NCBI GenBank assembly: GCA_965248265.1
Contig: CBDFJF010000001.1
Location: forward strand, 1,472,001 to 1,536,000
Reading direction: 5' to 3'
Source of the DNA: Candidatus Latescibacterota bacterium
GTDB lineage: Bacteria; Latescibacterota; UBA2968; UBA8231
DNA: 64,000 nucleotides
Under the pieces are notes generated by a model. It searched no databases. It saw only the letters and a list, made by a program, of their open reading frames with translations, and had not been told where the DNA came from. The position numbers and the translations under genes were made by a program. Each line of letters begins with the position of its first letter. Position 1 is the stretch's first letter. Of this stretch, positions 9,891 to 19,623 are shown one piece after another.

Positions 9891-11420
9891 ATGGAATTTG
9901 ATGGATGGTGCAGCCTGTGGCGGCGCCTGCGCGTGGGTCTGAGTCTGCTCTTCGGGCTGCGAGGACACGATTTTCGCGCCGGCCGCAGTTACATGAACCT
10001 GGCCTATGGCCAGCACCCGTGGCCGGTCAGGATACTGCGCATGTGCGGTTGGACACTGGATCAAGTGTTCGGCACCATCCCCGAGGCCCTCACTTCAGTG
10101 ACCTTCGCGGACCGGGTGTCGAAGACGCCGATCTGGCTGGCAAACGGGAATCCGCTGGCCAATCATCCCTGGGAGACTGATGCGCAGGCGCGCTTGCCCG
10201 AGGAGGTACACACAGTCATCATCGGCGCCGGGATGACGGGTGCCAGTTGCGCCTATCACTGGTCCAAACTGGCGGGTGATGAGACCTCCGTAGTGCTTGA
10301 GATGGAGGATCCGGCCTGGGGCGCCAGCGGCCGCAACGAGGGACTGGTGGTGATGGGGCGCTACTTCGCCATGGTACACAATTCGGTGCGGCGTCATCTA
10401 GAGAGAGCGCGACCGCAGCTGAAAGCCGATGAGCGAGGGCAACTCTCATCTCAGTTCGCTGCCGCGTACTGCCGCAGCGCCTACAAAAACGCCGACTTGA
10501 TCGAACAGACGATCCGCGATGAGGGGTTCGAGTGCGAGTACGAGCGCAATGGCTGGATTCAGGCCAATAACCAGGCGGGCCAGCCGGCGTTGCGCGGCTC
10601 GATCGAGGCCGGGACTGAACACGGCTTCGACGACTGGACTTCGCTTACACCGCAGGAGGTGTGGGAGAAGGGGGGAATGAAGGTCGAGGCCCCGGCCGGC
10701 TTTTCTCGGCGGGCAGCGTCTTTCCACCCGGCCAAGTGGGTCTGGTGTCTGTTGCGCAAGGCGATGGAGAAACCGAACCTGCAGCTCTTTTCGCGCACCA
10801 AGGTGACCGGGGTCGAGGAGGATGGTGAGGCCTACTACCTCGTGCACACTGAACGCGGCACCATAAGGACGCAAGCGATCATCAACGCAGTCGAGTCCCA
10901 TACGGCGCTGCTGCACAAGCGCTACGGAGAGTTCATCCACCCTGTGCAGACGCAGGCAGCGTCCGGCGCCGGCGGGCCCGAGAGCATGAAACCGCATGTC
11001 GGGTTGAGCGGAAGACGTGGGTTCTTCGGGCGTCATGGCGACGACGAGGTTTTGGTCGGTTCGGACTCCTCACGCATACCAGCGCACAGGGCCAACTGCA
11101 ACAATCCCTCGCGCTTCCTCACCAAGTTCCTGATGGGAGAGCTACACAAATACTTCGGCCGCAGCCGCGTGCACGTGACCCACGAGTGGAGCGGCACGCC
11201 CGGTTTTACCGATGACGAGTTTCCGGTGGTCGGGCTGTTGGATGGCAAGAGCCAGTACATCATCGGAGGCATGTGCGGGTCGGGAACGGGGGTGTCGTTC
11301 AACGCGGCGCGGCACATCGTCCAGCAGATCCTCGAACTGGACGGGCCCGACGATTATCCGGCAGCATACTTCGCACCCAGCCGTTTGCTGGACCCGGGGA
11401 ACCATCCCTGGCCGGCTTGA
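9891..11420 (+). CDS. FAD-dependent oxidoreductase (DAO / glycine oxidase family)
   Basis: IIGAGMTG, GASGRNEG, FHPAKW, WSG.PGFT.D.FPVVG, GMCGSG. Confidence 0.88.
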   Translation: MEFDGWCSLWRRLRVGLSLLFGLRGHDFRAGRSYMNLAYGQHPWPVRILRMCGWTLDQVFGTIPEALTSVTFADRVSKTPIWLANGNPLANHPWETDAQARLPEEVHTVIIGAGMTGASCAYHWSKLAGDETSVVLEMEDPAWGASGRNEGLVVMGRYFAMVHNSVRRHLERARPQLKADERGQLSSQFAAAYCRSAYKNADLIEQTIRDEGFECEYERNGWIQANNQAGQPALRGSIEAGTEHGFDDWTSLTPQEVWEKGGMKVEAPAGFSRRAASFHPAKWVWCLLRKAMEKPNLQLFSRTKVTGVEEDGEAYYLVHTERGTIRTQAIINAVESHTALLHKRYGEFIHPVQTQAASGAGGPESMKPHVGLSGRRGFFGRHGDDEVLVGSDSSRIPAHRANCNNPSRFLTKFLMGELHKYFGRSRVHVTHEWSGTPGFTDDEFPVVGLLDGKSQYIIGGMCGSGTGVSFNAARHIVQQILELDGPDDYPAAYFAPSRLLDPGNHPWPA

Positions 11421-11551
11421 GGCCATTTAGAGACTGGAGGTCGGACTGGACGGCACTTCCGGACTACGCAGGATCGGACACAATCCCATTGACCTTCTTC
11501 TGGCGATCGATCCACGTCAGGCTTGCTGATTGACAGTCATATGCCTGCTTG

Positions 11552-13033
11552 TTAGGAGCAACAACTGGCGTCCCGTGGCAATCCAATCCTCAAGTGCTGC
11601 GGTCCGGAGGCGTCGGCAGGAATGATAGCTTCCTCTTGTTCTACATCGTTTAAGAGGGCAAAGGAATCGTCGTCAGTGGTCTCGACGGCGACCGAGATCG
11701 TCGCGTCGCGATACTGCAATCCCGAGATCGACATATGTGTGATTGCTGCTGGCGCATAGGGGGAGAAAGCGACGCCCGGTTTGCCGACGCGCAGTCCAAA
11801 CAGGGTAGACAAGACCATCTGAATGTACCCGGTAGCACACCATGTCTGGCGAATGCACGAATTGAATTCTACGGGGTCGTCCGATATGGGCAGAAGCGGG
11901 TGGACATCCGGATAAACGCCGGGATTCTCTTGCAGTCCGCCGTATCGCTCACCCGTGAGCGGATGGTACAACTCGGAAAATTGCACATCTCTACAGGCTT
12001 TCTGAGCCAGTGATTCGAGCTCAAACCACCCCAGGTCTCGCCGTCCGTTGCGAGATGCAGCAAGAACCCACATCGCATTGACTTGTGGCCAGATGGTCCC
12101 GGAATGGCGTCCGAACGAAGTGCCTTCCACGTTGGTGTACCTGTCGTACGTCGGCCACACACAGGGTATGCCGTGTTCCGTTATGTGCGTGTTTTCGAAA
12201 ATTGATTTCGCACGCGTTTCATCGGCAATACCAAAAAGAAGGGTAAAGGCGTGTCCCATGCCTTCCTGCCTGTCGGGATCATCCTTGGCATCGACGAGAT
12301 AGCTGTACGTGCCGCGCTCCGCATTCCAGAAAATCTGGTTGATCGCTTCTTTGAGGCGTTCGGCTTTGACCGACCATTCGGGCTCGACTGGAGACTGGAG
12401 TTCCCCAGCCATCTCGGGCAGCAGGCGATACGCGTTGTAATACAGACAGTTGGTGGACAGTGCCTTCATGGGAAGGCCGTATCCAGTCGGTACTCTGAGT
12501 TCGGGATGATTCACGACCCAATCCAGAATCCCGGGGGAGGGGCTATCGGCAAAGTAGTCCGAAAAAGCTGCCACGCCATCTTGAAAACTGGCCGGGCCGC
12601 GAAACAGACCATCGTCCGAGTCGAACTCCGTCTCTTCGAAGAATCGTATCGAGTTCACGGCAACTTCGAATGCTGTCGACAGGAAGTTGCTGTCATTCGT
12701 GCACAGGTAATGATTCCACGCCGACGTCACCCAGAGGATGGCGTCCCAGTACTGTCCGCCGATGCGCATGCCCCACTTGTCCCGGGTGAGGGCAGACAGC
12801 AGCGTATTCCTGGCCACTTGTGGTGTGAACAAACTTCCGGCGAACCATGAGTTGAAGGCCCCGTCCCGCGTCCAGGGTTTGTTGTATTCGAGTCCCGCAA
12901 GTATGCAGGGTGTCGGGTGCTCATCGAGCTCTCCCTGCCAGGGTTGTATGTTGCCGCGAAAGTCGCCGATGGCGATGCGAAATGCCCTGTCAACGACGGG
13001 ATTGTCTGTTCTCAGCGCGATCGCGTCATTCAT
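11552..13033 (-). CDS. (alpha/alpha)6 glycoside hydrolase (amylo-alpha-1,6-glucosidase / GH63-like)
   Basis: WTRDG, HSGTIWP, FSELYHP..G and QTWCA motifs. Confidence 0.8.
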   Translation of the reverse strand: MNDAIALRTDNPVVDRAFRIAIGDFRGNIQPWQGELDEHPTPCILAGLEYNKPWTRDGAFNSWFAGSLFTPQVARNTLLSALTRDKWGMRIGGQYWDAILWVTSAWNHYLCTNDSNFLSTAFEVAVNSIRFFEETEFDSDDGLFRGPASFQDGVAAFSDYFADSPSPGILDWVVNHPELRVPTGYGLPMKALSTNCLYYNAYRLLPEMAGELQSPVEPEWSVKAERLKEAINQIFWNAERGTYSYLVDAKDDPDRQEGMGHAFTLLFGIADETRAKSIFENTHITEHGIPCVWPTYDRYTNVEGTSFGRHSGTIWPQVNAMWVLAASRNGRRDLGWFELESLAQKACRDVQFSELYHPLTGERYGGLQENPGVYPDVHPLLPISDDPVEFNSCIRQTWCATGYIQMVLSTLFGLRVGKPGVAFSPYAPAAITHMSISGLQYRDATISVAVETTDDDSFALLNDVEQEEAIIPADASGPQHLRIGLPRDASCCS

Positions 13034-13098
13034 AGTATGCTCCAGAAGGGACTCTCAGGTGCCGGAGACCGAGCAAGAACGGACGGGGGTCGGAGACG

Positions 13099-14160
13099 CT
13101 AGCTCTCACGGATGTAGATCGGGTTCGCGAAGGCCTTTCGGTTGTCCCTGGCAAAGCACTCGACGCGAATGTAGGACCTTCCGCCCCTGAATTTCATCTT
13201 GTAGGACCCCTTCACGACCTGCTCGTGTTTGGGCCACAGGTCTTTGACGACCTTGCCGTCCGCAACAATGCGCACGCGTTGCAGCCCCAGACTGTCAACG
13301 CATTCGTAGCGCACCTCGACACTACTGCCCTTCTTGCGCTTGAGGAGGTCGCCCATCTGCGAGCGACCGCATCTCAATTTGATGAAAGGCGCATCCGAAG
13401 CGAAGAAATGGCCAGCCCAAAAGGCCGCCAGCACATTCTTTTTGGTCAACCGGTCCACGAAGACGCCGTTCCATACATCCCCGATAGCCTGGGGCAGGTG
13501 GGCATCAGTGTTGCCCATGCCGCGAACGACCTTCCCCTGGCACAGGTGCTTGTCCCAGAGCCCAACGGCCCACTCATCCGTGATGTCGAAGCAGTCGAAG
13601 ATGTTGTTGGCTCCGTTGATCAGTTCCATGGTGAAGTCGTCGCCCAGCAGATTGAGGGCATCGATCTGCTTTTTGGTGTACCGCCGGTTGGGGAACCAGC
13701 CATTGGGGTGAGGGATAAACGGAAAACCTCCGAGGGCGATGGTCGCGTTGTAGTCTTTGACGAGATCGTGCTTGACGGTGTATTTCCTGTCCAGTCCCAA
13801 AATGCCAAGGTGGTGATGCTGGGTGCCCGGCTCCTGTCCCCACCACATGTTCTTGTAGTTGACGCACTCGACCTTCTGCCTCACTGTCTGGTGGTCGGTC
13901 AGAAAGAAGAAGTCCAACCCGGCTTTCTCCACCCACCCGGCAATCTCGGGAACTGTGCCGATGCCATCGCTGTAGGTCGAGTGGCTGTGACAATCCCCGC
14001 GCCGGACCACGAATCCGGCCAATTTTCGGGTCTGCTCGATGCGCTCCCGCATGGCATCCTTCCAGTAGCCGATGACGGTGTCGGGATAGTTGAGGCGTTT
14101 TTCGACAAGCCTTTTCAACTTGTACTGACGCGCGCGATCCCGGGCAGTTCGACTGGCCAT
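13099..14160 (-). CDS. PHP-domain metallohydrolase (CehA/McbA-like)
   Basis: GDCHSHSTYSDG, TDH, PHP, NTDAH, C-terminal NPIY. Confidence 0.85.
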   Translation of the reverse strand: MASRTARDRARQYKLKRLVEKRLNYPDTVIGYWKDAMRERIEQTRKLAGFVVRRGDCHSHSTYSDGIGTVPEIAGWVEKAGLDFFFLTDHQTVRQKVECVNYKNMWWGQEPGTQHHHLGILGLDRKYTVKHDLVKDYNATIALGGFPFIPHPNGWFPNRRYTKKQIDALNLLGDDFTMELINGANNIFDCFDITDEWAVGLWDKHLCQGKVVRGMGNTDAHLPQAIGDVWNGVFVDRLTKKNVLAAFWAGHFFASDAPFIKLRCGRSQMGDLLKRKKGSSVEVRYECVDSLGLQRVRIVADGKVVKDLWPKHEQVVKGSYKMKFRGGRSYIRVECFARDNRKAFANPIYIRES

Positions 14161-14370
14161 GGTTCGTCCTTTCTTCAGAATTCGGATTTACAATTCACAA
14201 CAGGGGCAAATCCTCCAAAAACAAAACCCGGTCCTGAATCCACGTCAATAGGCACCTGCACGACGAAGTTTCGCGACCCGTCTCGAAGTGGCGGTTGTTG
14301 ATCCTGGACACCAGTCGCGGTTGGCAGTGCGATAGAATACCGGCTGTACGTACCAATTGGAGACCACAAT

Positions 14371-15282
14371 ATGACCACCTCGATGCCGCAGGGCGATACC
14401 CTCGTGCTCACCCCCGAACAACAACGGCAATTCGACGAGGACGGCTTCTTCCTGGTCGAGGACGCGCTCTCACCGAACGAAATCGAGACCCTACTGGGCG
14501 TCACGGACGAGCTCTACGAGCGCTACCGACGCGAGCGCGATCTCGGGCCTTACGAGGCCTTTCAAATGCGCAACATCGTCGCCCAACACCCCTGTTTTCT
14601 CGACCTGATGGAGCATCAAACCATGCTGCCCCTGGTCGTGGATGTGATGGGGTTCAACATCCAACTGCGAACTTCGCACCTGGATGTTCGTCCGCCTCAG
14701 GAGCCTGAGGTCGTTGCCCAAGAACTCGGAGCCAAAGACGGTTTCTTCCCCTGGCACTCCGACCAGCCCGACTACGGATGGCCGAGCGTCGATGGCGTCG
14801 TCCCATATATGGAGATGAAGATCGGCTATTACCTGACCGACCTCACTGAGCACAACAGCGGCGCCATCTGTTTCGTACGGGGAAGCCATCGCGTCTCACC
14901 ATGGATCACCAGCAATGGCGAACAGATCGCCGATCCCGACCGCGTGTTCGAGGCCAACGTGCGTCCGGGAACCGCCTTGGTCTGGCGCACTGCCCTCTAC
15001 CACTGCCTTACTCCGAATTGTTCCGCAAACGCCCGCAGGTGCCTCTACTACGGCTACCACCACCGCTGGATCCGCCCCTCTGATTTTCATCACCAATCGC
15101 CGAAATTGCTGGCCAAACGTACTCCGATTCAACTGCAATTATTGGGAGAACTCGGTACTGGCAAGAAGAACTACGCCGGGGATGATGCCGAGGTCGCGCC
15201 CGTCTCCCGCTACTGGCGTCCGCGGGACGAAGACATCCCGCTCAAGGCCTGGACACAGGAGCAGCTCGCACGGAAAGGCTGA
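14371..15282 (+). CDS. Phytanoyl-CoA dioxygenase (PhyH) family protein, canonical HxD
   Basis: FDEDGF, WHSD, YLTD, GSH, LYH, RR. Confidence 0.9.
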   Translation: MTTSMPQGDTLVLTPEQQRQFDEDGFFLVEDALSPNEIETLLGVTDELYERYRRERDLGPYEAFQMRNIVAQHPCFLDLMEHQTMLPLVVDVMGFNIQLRTSHLDVRPPQEPEVVAQELGAKDGFFPWHSDQPDYGWPSVDGVVPYMEMKIGYYLTDLTEHNSGAICFVRGSHRVSPWITSNGEQIADPDRVFEANVRPGTALVWRTALYHCLTPNCSANARRCLYYGYHHRWIRPSDFHHQSPKLLAKRTPIQLQLLGELGTGKKNYAGDDAEVAPVSRYWRPRDEDIPLKAWTQEQLARKG

Positions 15283-15435
15283 GTTTCCTTAGGCCTCTCC
15301 GTCCAGCAGTCGCTGCACCATCTTCTTGCGGTGCTGTTCCGTGGCCATGGTTGACACCTCAACCGCTGGCGCTTTAGACTTTTGCCTTCCCGTCAAACCA
15401 CACCGAACCAAGAAAAGCTGCAGCAGGAGGAGAAC

Positions 15436-16179
15436 ATGGCACCCAAAGAAAACATTGGCCAGGTCACACAAGCCCGTCGAAACGGCAGAGGCCCGGCCAT
15501 CTGGCTGGCCGGTGACCCGGATGACCTGAAAGAGTGGATGCCGCTGGGGATCGCCGGCATCGTTACGAATACGGTGGTACTGAACCAGCTCATGCCGAAA
15601 TACAAGACGGTAATCGGCCTCATCGACAAGTACCTCGGAATGACCGATAAGCCCGTCGTCGTCGAGATCGATGGTCACTCGATAGAAGAGCTGTTGGAAG
15701 TCGGCAGGGTCTTCACCAAGATGTCCGATAACGTCATCCTCAAGATTCCCTGCGGCGTCCTTGGCCTCAAGGCATTCGCCGCCTTCAAGGAAGAGGGAGT
15801 CGAGACCTATTGCACCACCGTGTTTTCGCTGACCCAGGCTGCCGCGGTTGCCCAGGCCGGCGTCGACCATATCCTTCCGTTCTGCGAACCCGTCAAGGAA
15901 GCCGGTGGGGACCCGACGCTACTCGTTCGAGAGTGTGCCAAGATGTTCAGCGGCTGGGAGCATCGACCGTTCATCCAGGCCGCCCTGGTGCGCTCAGTGG
16001 AGACGGCCCACGCCGCCTTCCGCGACGGCGCCGATGAGCTCGTAACGTTCTGGGGCGTCTACAAGGACATGATGGAGCACCCGTTCACGACCCAGTGGAA
16101 CAAGACCTTCCTGGATGAGTGGGTGACCATGCATGAGAACGGCAACCTCGAAGGAGTACCGGTCACGCTCAAGCACTAA
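15436..16179 (+). CDS. Transaldolase / fructose-6-phosphate aldolase family protein (divergent)
   Basis: GIVTN, ILKIP Schiff-base Lys, TVFSLTQA; AGGAGG RBS. Confidence 0.8.
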   Translation: MAPKENIGQVTQARRNGRGPAIWLAGDPDDLKEWMPLGIAGIVTNTVVLNQLMPKYKTVIGLIDKYLGMTDKPVVVEIDGHSIEELLEVGRVFTKMSDNVILKIPCGVLGLKAFAAFKEEGVETYCTTVFSLTQAAAVAQAGVDHILPFCEPVKEAGGDPTLLVRECAKMFSGWEHRPFIQAALVRSVETAHAAFRDGADELVTFWGVYKDMMEHPFTTQWNKTFLDEWVTMHENGNLEGVPVTLKH

Positions 16180-16216
16180 CTGGTTTGGCGGGCACCCCAC
16201 GGCGGGTGCTCGCTCG

Positions 16217-16415
16217 GTCGAACGTCAGGACGCTGCGCGCCACCTCACCCCTGGCCAACACCTCGATCTCCTCGCGAGGGGGACCGGCGCGAAATCAACT
16301 CGTCCAGTTCCAACCTGCCAGTACGGTACCAGCACCTCATCCTGTCCCGGGTCGTCAAGATCCAGCTATTCGATCACCATCGGGTGTTCGGCTCTTACAG
16401 GACAGCGGCTTTCAT
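16217..16415 (-). pseudogene. Zn-dependent alcohol dehydrogenase remnant (N- and C-termini only)
   Basis: Hand translation: MKAAVL*EPNT..MVIE*LDLDDPGQDEVLV fused to YRTGRLELDELISRR..EEIEVLARGEVARSVLTFD, with stops and frameshifts. Confidence 0.7.
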
Positions 16416-16541
16416 GGATCCTCCATTCAACAGTGGGCGCCGGCTCTACTTGACGATTGCTTCTACTGGCGCCAAACTCGAGGCTTCGGCCATTTCCGGT
16501 CACCCACCTAATCACCTACAAAACGTCAGACCTCAAAACTG

Positions 16542-17459
16542 GTGAATAAGCGCTTCCCCTCAACCATCCTGGCCACCGCAGTCATACCCTGGGATGAAGA
16601 GTACCGTTTTCAGGAAGACCTCTTTCGCCGGCAGGTGCGACTGCTGCGCGACGGACTGACTCCGTACATCTACTTGTTCGGCACGGCTGGCGAAGGCTAC
16701 GCGGTATCTGACAGCCAGTTTGATGCCATTGTCAATGCCTTTCGTGATGAGATGCTGCCTGGAACTCATCCCATGGTCGGCGTCGTCAACCTTTCATTGC
16801 AGACCATCATCGAGCGCATCGAGCGCTGTCGCGCCCGTGACATCCGCACCTTCCAGCTCTCATTGCCCGGTTGGGGTACCCTCACCGACCGCGAAGTTGA
16901 CATCTTCTTCGAGCAGACGTGCGGACGCTTTCCAGATTGTCAGTTCCTGCACTATAACTTGCCCCGTGCCGGGCGTGTCCTTGGCGGAGACGATTACGCG
17001 CGGCTCGCGCCCGCGCATTCCAACCTGGTGGCGGTAAAATTCGGCGGCTCGGGCGACGCTGCCTTCTATTCAGACCTGTTGGGGAAGGCACCGCAGATCC
17101 AGTTTTTCCTCACCGAATTCGGGTATGCCACGGTGCGCGGGCTCGGGCAGGAGTGTGGCTTTCTGATTTCGCTGGCCTCCTGCCACTTCGCACGAGCCCG
17201 AAAGTACTTCGATGCTCGTGGCTCCGAGCTGGAGATGATGGCGCAAGAGCTCCAGCAAGTCGTGAGCGCCATCAGGGACGCGGTCGCAGACCACGGACAC
17301 ATGGACGGCGTCTACGACAAGATGTTCACGAAGATCCACATGCCGGAATTCCCACTCCGGCTATTGCCGCCCTACACGGCAGCCGGCGATCAACAGTTCG
17401 AAGCCTTTCTGGCCGCACTGCCCGAAACCTGGAGAGCCACCGATGGCCCCGAAACGTAA
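16542..17459 (+). CDS. Dihydrodipicolinate synthase / N-acetylneuraminate lyase family aldolase
   Basis: GTAGEG, HYN, VAVK. Confidence 0.85.
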   Translation: MNKRFPSTILATAVIPWDEEYRFQEDLFRRQVRLLRDGLTPYIYLFGTAGEGYAVSDSQFDAIVNAFRDEMLPGTHPMVGVVNLSLQTIIERIERCRARDIRTFQLSLPGWGTLTDREVDIFFEQTCGRFPDCQFLHYNLPRAGRVLGGDDYARLAPAHSNLVAVKFGGSGDAAFYSDLLGKAPQIQFFLTEFGYATVRGLGQECGFLISLASCHFARARKYFDARGSELEMMAQELQQVVSAIRDAVADHGHMDGVYDKMFTKIHMPEFPLRLLPPYTAAGDQQFEAFLAALPETWRATDGPET

Positions 17460-18624
17460 GCCCGTCCTGCGCAAGATCTACAATCAACCATCCTACGTAA
17501 TCCGCACGAAACAGGTCGAAGTCGCCATCTCCCAGCTCGGTGGCTGCATGGCGCCGGTCACCTTCTACCGCGACAGCAGCAAGCCAATCATCCCGCTCGC
17601 CGTCGCGCCCTGGTGGAACGAACCGGTGTTGTCCGACCAGCCGCCCGTTATTCAAGTCCTGCGCGGTGACTTCTTCTGCATGCCCTTCGGCGGCTCGGCC
17701 AACGCCTACCGCGGCCGCAACTACCCTCCGCACGGAGAGACCGCCAATCGTCGCTGGAGTTTCGTCGATCGCCGTAGCTCGAAAAGCGGGGCGACCCTGG
17801 ATTTGAACATGAAGCTGAAATTGCAATCGGGGGAGGTGCACAAAACCTTGGCCCTCGAAGCGGGCAGTAACATCATCTACAGCAGGCACCGGCTATCCGG
17901 CATATCCGGGAACATGACCTACTCGCACCACGCAACCCTGCAGTTTCCCGATCGCCCCGGCAGCGCAAGATTGTCATTCAGCCCCTTCGCGCACGCGTCG
18001 ACCTATCCTCACACGCTCGAGACTCCAGCCGAGGGCTCCTACGCCATCCTCAAGAAGGACTCCGTCATCGAGGACCTGACCAAGGTTCCCCTCATCGACG
18101 GATCGACCACCGACATTACCTCCTACCCCAACCGCCGTGGCTACGAAGACGCCGCCATGGTGTGCGCGGACACGTCGCTCGATTTCAGCTGGTCAGCCGC
18201 CACCTTCGAGCGCGAGCGCTATGTGTGGTTCAACCTGAAGAATCCACGCATCCTGGCCAGCACCATGCTCTGGTTCTCCAACGGCGGCCGCCACTTCCCA
18301 CCTTGGAACGGACGCCACATCAACGTCATGGGCATGGAGGAGGGCACCACCTTCTGGGCCGACGGTATCGCCGCCTCGGAGAAACCGAACGAGTTCTCGA
18401 AACGCGGTATAAAGACGGTTCGGCCGATGCGCCGTGGCGAGCGCCTCGACGTGCCCTGTATCATGGGGGTCGCCAAACTACCTCGCGGTTTCCGGGTCGT
18501 CAGAACCATGCGCCGCGTCGATGATCAGACCATCCGCCTCACCGGAAACAACCGGCTCAAGGTGGACGTCAAGGCGCGGCTCAACTTTCTGGAGACCTCC
18601 ACGCTGGAAGGGCTGATCGAGTAA
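17443..18624 (+). CDS. Galactose mutarotase / aldose epimerase-like protein
   Basis: GDFFCMPFG, PHGE, HHATL, WFSNGGR; beta-rich; overlaps the upstream gene. Confidence 0.6.
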   Translation: MAPKRKPVLRKIYNQPSYVIRTKQVEVAISQLGGCMAPVTFYRDSSKPIIPLAVAPWWNEPVLSDQPPVIQVLRGDFFCMPFGGSANAYRGRNYPPHGETANRRWSFVDRRSSKSGATLDLNMKLKLQSGEVHKTLALEAGSNIIYSRHRLSGISGNMTYSHHATLQFPDRPGSARLSFSPFAHASTYPHTLETPAEGSYAILKKDSVIEDLTKVPLIDGSTTDITSYPNRRGYEDAAMVCADTSLDFSWSAATFERERYVWFNLKNPRILASTMLWFSNGGRHFPPWNGRHINVMGMEEGTTFWADGIAASEKPNEFSKRGIKTVRPMRRGERLDVPCIMGVAKLPRGFRVVRTMRRVDDQTIRLTGNNRLKVDVKARLNFLETSTLEGLIE

Positions 18625-18635
18625 TTCACTCACTC

Positions 18636-19592
18636 ATGATCGTCCTGGCCAGCAAAAATGGTCGCATCGGACTACCCGCTGCTGTCGAAGTGATGTCGCA
18701 GGGCGGCAGCGCCGTCGATGCCGTCGAAGCCGGAACCCGGGTTGTCGAACGTAATCCCGAAGATCCCACCGTCGGGCTGGGAGGCTTGCCGAACGTCCTC
18801 GGAGAAGTACGCCTCGACGCCTCTATCATGGATGGCAGTAACCTGAAAGGCGGCGCCGTCGGCTCGGTACGGCGCCACGTGCACGCGATCACGCTCGCAC
18901 GCCGGCTCATGGAGCGCGGCCCCCATGTGTTTCTGGTAGCTGACGGCGCCGAACGCCTGGCCTCCGATCTTGGCCTCATCGAAGAGGAGCCCCTCACCCA
19001 GCGAGCCGACGCCACCTGGAGGAAGCATCTGCAGAAGCGCTTCCCCGGTCTCGATGTTGATCAGATTGCAGAGCGCAGGGATTTGCTCTCCATTGTCGAC
19101 GAGCTGCAGCTGTCCATGGCCGGCTGGGATGAGATGAAGCAGGTGGCGGGCCCCGGGTCGACGACTCACGGCACCGTCAACTTCCTGGCACAGGACCGCG
19201 ACGGCAACGTGGCCTCGGCCGTCAGCACCAACGGCTGGGCCTGGGGGTATCCCGGTCGCCTCGGTGATTCACCAGTACTCGGCGCCGGTTCCTACGCGGA
19301 CAGTCGCTGGGGCGCTGCTGCCTCGACCGGTACCGGCGAAGTCGTCCTGCGCATGTCGACGTCGCGCAGCATCATCCTCTACATGAAGATGGGGATGGAC
19401 CTGACCAGCGCCGTGCGCGAGGCCATGGTGGACCTGCGCGCCCTCAACGACCCACTCGTCGAACACATCGCCGTCATCGCCCTCAACCGCGATGGCGAGC
19501 ACGTCGGACTCGCCTACCGCAAAGACGAGCGCTACGTCTATCTTACGGACACCATGTCAGAGCCAGCAGAAGTCGACATGGTTTCGCCCTGA
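18636..19592 (+). CDS. Isoaspartyl peptidase / glycosylasparaginase (Ntn) family
   Basis: VGLGG.PN, LDASIMDG, HGTV nucleophile Thr, GRLGDSP. Confidence 0.9.
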   Translation: MIVLASKNGRIGLPAAVEVMSQGGSAVDAVEAGTRVVERNPEDPTVGLGGLPNVLGEVRLDASIMDGSNLKGGAVGSVRRHVHAITLARRLMERGPHVFLVADGAERLASDLGLIEEEPLTQRADATWRKHLQKRFPGLDVDQIAERRDLLSIVDELQLSMAGWDEMKQVAGPGSTTHGTVNFLAQDRDGNVASAVSTNGWAWGYPGRLGDSPVLGAGSYADSRWGAAASTGTGEVVLRMSTSRSIILYMKMGMDLTSAVREAMVDLRALNDPLVEHIAVIALNRDGEHVGLAYRKDERYVYLTDTMSEPAEVDMVSP

Positions 19593-19623
19593 TGAATCAC
19601 CCTGTTGACGGACACTGGTACCG

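Noticed and set aside
13225-14301. 358-aa plus-strand ORF; similar long ORFs at 28426, 34005, 44997 and 49559
   Set aside because: Antisense shadows of well-supported genes, common in high-GC DNA; no motifs of their own
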